64,000 nucleotides of DNA from an uncultured Verrucomicrobiae bacterium (GTDB lineage Bacteria > Verrucomicrobiota > Verrucomicrobiia > Chthoniobacterales > Chthoniobacteraceae): the NCBI GenBank assembly GCA_963828525.1, contig CAWHEP010000010.1, forward strand, positions 288,001-352,000, written 5' to 3'. Of this stretch, positions 59,459-64,000 are shown in pieces; the stretch's first letter is position 1, and each line of letters opens with the position of its first letter. Below the pieces are notes generated by a model, which did no database searches, was not told the origin of the DNA, and worked only from the letters and a program-made list of their open reading frames with translations. Position numbers and translations under genes: made by a program.

Positions 59459-62400
59459 ATGAAACGCAGTGCCTTTCTCGCGGCGATTGTTTTCACCTTG
59501 GTGCGCGCTGCCCGGAGCGCGCGCCGTGACCTTGCACCGCGCCGAGATCACCCAATTCTACAATGATGTGAAGGTCATCGGGCCGTCCGGGGCGCATCCG
59601 GCCGCCGTGCAGGAAGTCATTGAGGATGGGCGCGGCGTGCGAACGGGTCTGGACTCTCGCGCGGAATTGCTTTTCCAGGACAAGAGCGTTACGCGATTAG
59701 GCGCAAACACGCTGTTTAACTTTGACCCTGGAACTCGCAAAATGGAATGCCGAAGCGGCACCATGTTACTCCAGGTTCCTAAGAACATCGGCGGAGCGAC
59801 CATCCGCACCGCGGCGGTAACCGCGGCAATCACTGGCACAACAATCCTGCTGGAGTACTCGCCGGATGTGAATCCGCCTCCCGGTTCGGGCAAAAAGAAG
59901 CGGCATGGGTATGTGAAGGTGATCGTGCTGGAGGGGACGCTGCGTCTTTATCTGAACGACCGACTGGGCGAATCGACGCTCATCACGCCCGGCAAAATGA
60001 TCATTCTGCCGCCGGACGCTTTTTCGATTCCCGATCCCGTGGATGTGGATATTGATCGATTGATCGAGACCTCGTTCCTTATCAACAACAGGTATTGGAA
60101 CAGGGCAGACTCGCAGTTCAGCCTGGATCCTGTGCGTCCGGAGATTACGAAGCAGGAAAAGTCGCTCGGCAGCGGAAACCTGAGACAAACGAATGCTTTG
60201 ATCCTTGGAAAAGGGACGAGCGTGATCATCGCCACGGCGGATTTGCTGAACAACCTGGATCGGCGATTCAACGCGGAAAATCCATTCCGCCCATCTCCAA
60301 GTCCTTCGCCGGGGGCTTCGCCCGCTCCAACTCAGACTCAGGCGGTGAGCACACCGACCCCGAAACCGACACCCGGTCTTATTACCTCTCCTAATCCATA
60401 TGTCGTGCAGGGTGGGACGAATCCGACGGTGATCGTTACTGAGCCAAGCATTACAACCGCAGGGGTGACCGAACTTGGATTCCTCTATCCCGGGCCGAAA
60501 GCGGGAACGGCGTCGGACTTCCTGTTTGGGCCAACCGGGCAGCAGGAGCACCTGTTCTTTCTGAACGGGTTTAACCAGCACATCGCGTCCTTGAACGCGC
60601 CGCTGGCAGTCTTCAAATTTTCCTCCCTTGTGTTCACAGGAGCTCCCCTCATCGACACAACAAACGGAACGTCTGACCTGGCGCTTGTGTCGGATAACGG
60701 AATTTCCGGAGACCTTTTCTCGTCGCCCGGCCAAGGCCTAAGACCGAGGATCAGAGGCGACCTCCTCTCCGGGGCCGGACATTCAATACCTGCTTCACTC
60801 CAGAAGCTAACTTATTTGCTGCTTGCCACCAAGAATGGCCCGATCCACCTGATATCGAATAGTCCTTTCCCGTTGCAGCCGAACACACTCGAGATCGATC
60901 TGCTGGCGCGCGGACACAATGGAGACGTGATCCTCGACACGCCGATTGGCGCGGGAGTGTTTAATGTGGCAGCGGAGAACACGATCCAGTTCAACAACTA
61001 TGTAAACGCTGGCGTGATCAGGGGACTCTCGCTTGGAGATACCATATTCGGGCCCAACGCGTCGCTTTCGGCGCCGACAATCGACCTGCGGAGCGCCGGG
61101 AACATCATTCTGAACCAGGGAAATTTCGACATTCCGACGCTTACTTCGCTGACGGTGAACGCTACCAAGGTGTCCCTCTCGTCGAACTTTTCTTTTGGAC
61201 CGACGGTGCCTGTGTCAATCAATGCCGGGATCGGGGGCTTCGATACGCAAGGATTCAACATCTTCGCTACGAGCGATGGATTGGTTCAAGGCTTGCTCGA
61301 ACTGAGCGTGGCGGGCGGCTCATTCAGCGGGAATGCGGTGACCGCGGATAATGTCACTATTCAAAATGGCAGCTTCACGACAACGTCGGACGTGTTGGTG
61401 AACAATCTCACAGCCGGACAGATCAATGTGACGGGTAATCTCACTGCGGCAAACCAGATTCTCGGTTCGGGCATCAATGTTACCGGGAATATCCAGGCGC
61501 TGTCGGTCATTACCAACGGCGGTGACATCCTCGCGTCAAACATCAACGGAAATACAAACGCGCAGGGAAACATCACTGTGACGAACAGGCTGTTTGGAAC
61601 CTCGGCGATTGCATCGGGGAATATCTCTGCCGGAACATTGGGTGTTGAAACAGTGAGCACCCCGGGGAATGTGGTGATTGGAGCTGGCGGTATCACGAAT
61701 CGGAGTTTCACAAATAATCTCATCGCTGATCCTGCCGCATTCTCGATCAGCGCGAACACGGTTTCGTCCCAGGGGGGCATAAATTTCGTGGGAACAGCGC
61801 AGACGGACTCGCAGAACGGTCTGCCTGGGAACGGCGGAACGCTTTCGCTGACGATAAACTCCCTGGTATTGAACCCGACCGCTGTCGGCGCCATATCCAG
61901 CGCGAATCTCAATGGAGCGGACGCGGTGTCGGGCGTTACCGCCGGGGGCAACGGAGGCACGCTCAATGTCTTCTCAAACTTTGGGCCGATCACGATCAAC
62001 GCGCCGATCGACGCGACGACGGGCGGCCAATTTCGGAACGAGTTCGCCCGGCGGGGCTGGCGGCAACGTGAATTTGTTTTCCTCCTTTGACACGGTCACC
62101 GTGAATGATGTGGTGACGGTATCGGGCGCAAGCGCCACGTCTCCTAATGCGAACAGCGCGTCTGGCGGCAACATAGACATCACGAGCGGCAAGCCGACTG
62201 GAGTCGCAATCAACATCGGCAGCACTGCCCAGTTGCTGTCGCTCCTTAATTCGACGGGACCCGGTGGGATCATCAACATCGCGTCAACAGGCGGTGATGT
62301 TCAGGTGTCCGGCAAGATACAGGCCGACAGGGGGCAGATCAGCATCCAGAACACGGCAGTGCCGGGAGTGGTGGTGCTATCGGCGGCAAACCTGAGCGCC

Positions 62401-62730
62401 GACACCATCAAGGTGGGGGCGATTGGAACGAACGGCCAGCTGACGATCACTGCTGGGTCTTCGGTCAGCGCGAACACGCTGCTGGAGCTTTATGGAGGGA
62501 ATGGCGCTCTGGGTTTGGTATCGTTTAAGGGGAACGGGACGGTGAATATCAGCGGCGCCACGATCAACATTGCGGCAACAAAAGTGCAAATCGCCAATAA
62601 TACGATGGTTCAGAATGCCGGAACCACTACCGTATTTGCCACGACCCATGCTTACGGACAAGGCAGCGGCCCTGGAAACTTCCAAAATCCCGTGACTCAG
62701 AAGCCGATCGGGAGCGCGCCCGGCTTCTAA
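59459..62730 (+). CDS. Large exported FecR-domain protein with long beta-helix-like tail; +1 frameshifts near 59501 and 62026
   Basis: Corrected signal peptide MKRSAFLAAIVFTLCALPGARA; FecR motifs VRTGLDSRAELLF..S.TRLGANT, AAITGT, VLEG; Pro/Thr linker; G/N/T/I-rich repeats (GGNGGTL, GGAGGNV, SGGNI). Confidence 0.8.
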
Positions 62731-62876
62731 CTTAAATTAGGATTGTAGGGCGAAGACGCCGCCACGCGGAGAAGAGGGATTCCCTTCTTGAAACGCTGGC
62801 GCGGAGGGGTGTTAACCCTGGGAGGTTTGTTTCAGGTCGCCATGAGAGTGGGGTTGCGTAGTGTTCGGGGTCATCC

Positions 62877-64000
62877 ATGAAGCTGGCTCTCTCTCTGTTG
62901 TGCGAAAATCCGGAGCGCCGGACGGGCCTGACGACCTTGTTTCACGAGTTTGTCTCGGAGGCGCTCGCCCTTTTTCCGGATGTGAGCTGGATCATTTTCG
63001 CCGGGCCGAACCAGCCGTGGGATGTGTCGGACGCGCGGGTTGAGGTCGTCCGGAAGTTCCAGGCGAATGACCGCATCAAACGCCGTTTGATCGCTGACCA
63101 CTTCCTTGTGAGCGGTGTCGCCAGAAAAATGGGCGCGGACGCTCTCCTGACCGTCGGTTTTGTTCCTTTGTTCCAACGGCTTCCCGCGATCATGCATCTC
63201 TTTTCCCTGCAGCATCTTGATTCGGCTAACCGCGTGGGTCTCGCCAGAGGCGTTTACCGATGGCTCGTCACAGGTCCGAGCATGAGGAAGGCGAGGCTGA
63301 TCATCAGCAATTCACGCTTCGCCGCGTCGCAGATTCTCGCTTCATACCCGGCGGGAGAGAAAAAGTTAATGGTGAGTTACGAAGGACTCAGCCACCGGGA
63401 ATTTTCGCCGTCCAGCGGTCCTGACGAAGTCGAACGGCTGCGGGCGCGATTCGATCTGGCTCCGGGCTACTTTCTTTGGATTTCAAACTTCTACCCTTAC
63501 AAACAGGCGGAACTTCTGATCGAGGCCTATTCGCTGCTGGACCCCCAGGTCCGGGCTCGTTGCCCGCTAGTCATGGCGGGGGGCGACTGGAATGGCGGAC
63601 TCGATTCCGCCAAGGCGCGAATCAAGCAACTTGGCCTGGAGGAAAACGTGATTCTCCCCGGGTGGATAGAGGACGAATGGAGGGCGCCACTCTACCGGCA
63701 GGCCCTCGCGTTTTGTCTGCCAAGCCGCGAAGAGACATTCGGGCGGTGTGTGACAGAAGCGATGGCTTGCGGGACGCCTTGTATCGTCAATGACATCGCG
63801 ATCATGCACGAGGTCACGGACGGGAAGGCGGTGCTGGTTGACTTTTCGGATCGTGAGAAGGCCGGGGATGCGCTGCGGCGGCTTGCGGAGGATGAGGCGC
63901 TGCGCGCGCGACTTCGGCACGAGGGGATGGAACGCGCGGCTGTTTTCAGTTTCGAGAAACTGACGCGGGATCGCATTCTCGCGATTCGGAATGTGTTGAG
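62877..64000 (+). CDS. GT4-family glycosyltransferase; runs off the window end and is absent from the ORF track
   Basis: Manual translation from ATG 62877 gives MKLALSLLCENPERRTGL...SNFYPYKQ...PSREETFGRCVTEAMACGTP (EX7E motif), with no stop seen. Confidence 0.9.
   Translation, partial: MKLALSLLCENPERRTGLTTLFHEFVSEALALFPDVSWIIFAGPNQPWDVSDARVEVVRKFQANDRIKRRLIADHFLVSGVARKMGADALLTVGFVPLFQRLPAIMHLFSLQHLDSANRVGLARGVYRWLVTGPSMRKARLIISNSRFAASQILASYPAGEKKLMVSYEGLSHREFSPSSGPDEVERLRARFDLAPGYFLWISNFYPYKQAELLIEAYSLLDPQVRARCPLVMAGGDWNGGLDSAKARIKQLGLEENVILPGWIEDEWRAPLYRQALAFCLPSREETFGRCVTEAMACGTPCIVNDIAIMHEVTDGKAVLVDFSDREKAGDALRRLAEDEALRARLRHEGMERAAVFSFEKLTRDRILAIRNVL

Noticed and set aside
1..64000. Many long antisense or overlapping ORFs, and RNA genes, prophage or CRISPR
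   Set aside because: The shadow ORFs overlap well-supported genes and are expected at this GC content. No tRNA, rRNA, phage or cas signatures were recognised, though a covariance-model search was not possible.

Overview
A GC-rich bacterial chromosomal segment, most likely from Verrucomicrobiota and probably Chthoniobacterales/Spartobacteria-like. This is inferred from the gene repertoire: two DUF1800/DUF1501 pairs, an H-X9-DG prepilin-type protein, a long-insert IspG and a FecR-beta-helix protein. Housekeeping genes are tolQRAB-pal, a dus gene, tldD/tldE, cdsA-dxr-rseP-ispG-pheA, tatA, recA, alaS, mutS and metF. Accessory genes cover surface and glycan functions, redox enzymes, signalling and toxin-antitoxin modules. 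I recognised no tRNA, rRNA, CRISPR array, integrase or transposase. The most notable structures are: (1) a 4200-bp segment that looks like a divergent allele of the same locus, set in tandem with the resident allele, bounded by a perfect 186-bp direct repeat and carrying different cargo genes; (2) a 278-bp CTAG-flanked MITE inside the tol-pal operon; (3) an outer-membrane beta-barrel paired with a roughly 1090-aa FecR-domain/beta-helix exoprotein, a candidate two-partner-like secretion module; (4) a barrel + cupredoxin-like + HAMP/class III cyclase signalling operon. About 11 single-base frameshifts, three of them in mutS, are most simply long-read consensus errors. All domain calls come from motif recognition by eye, not from database searches.
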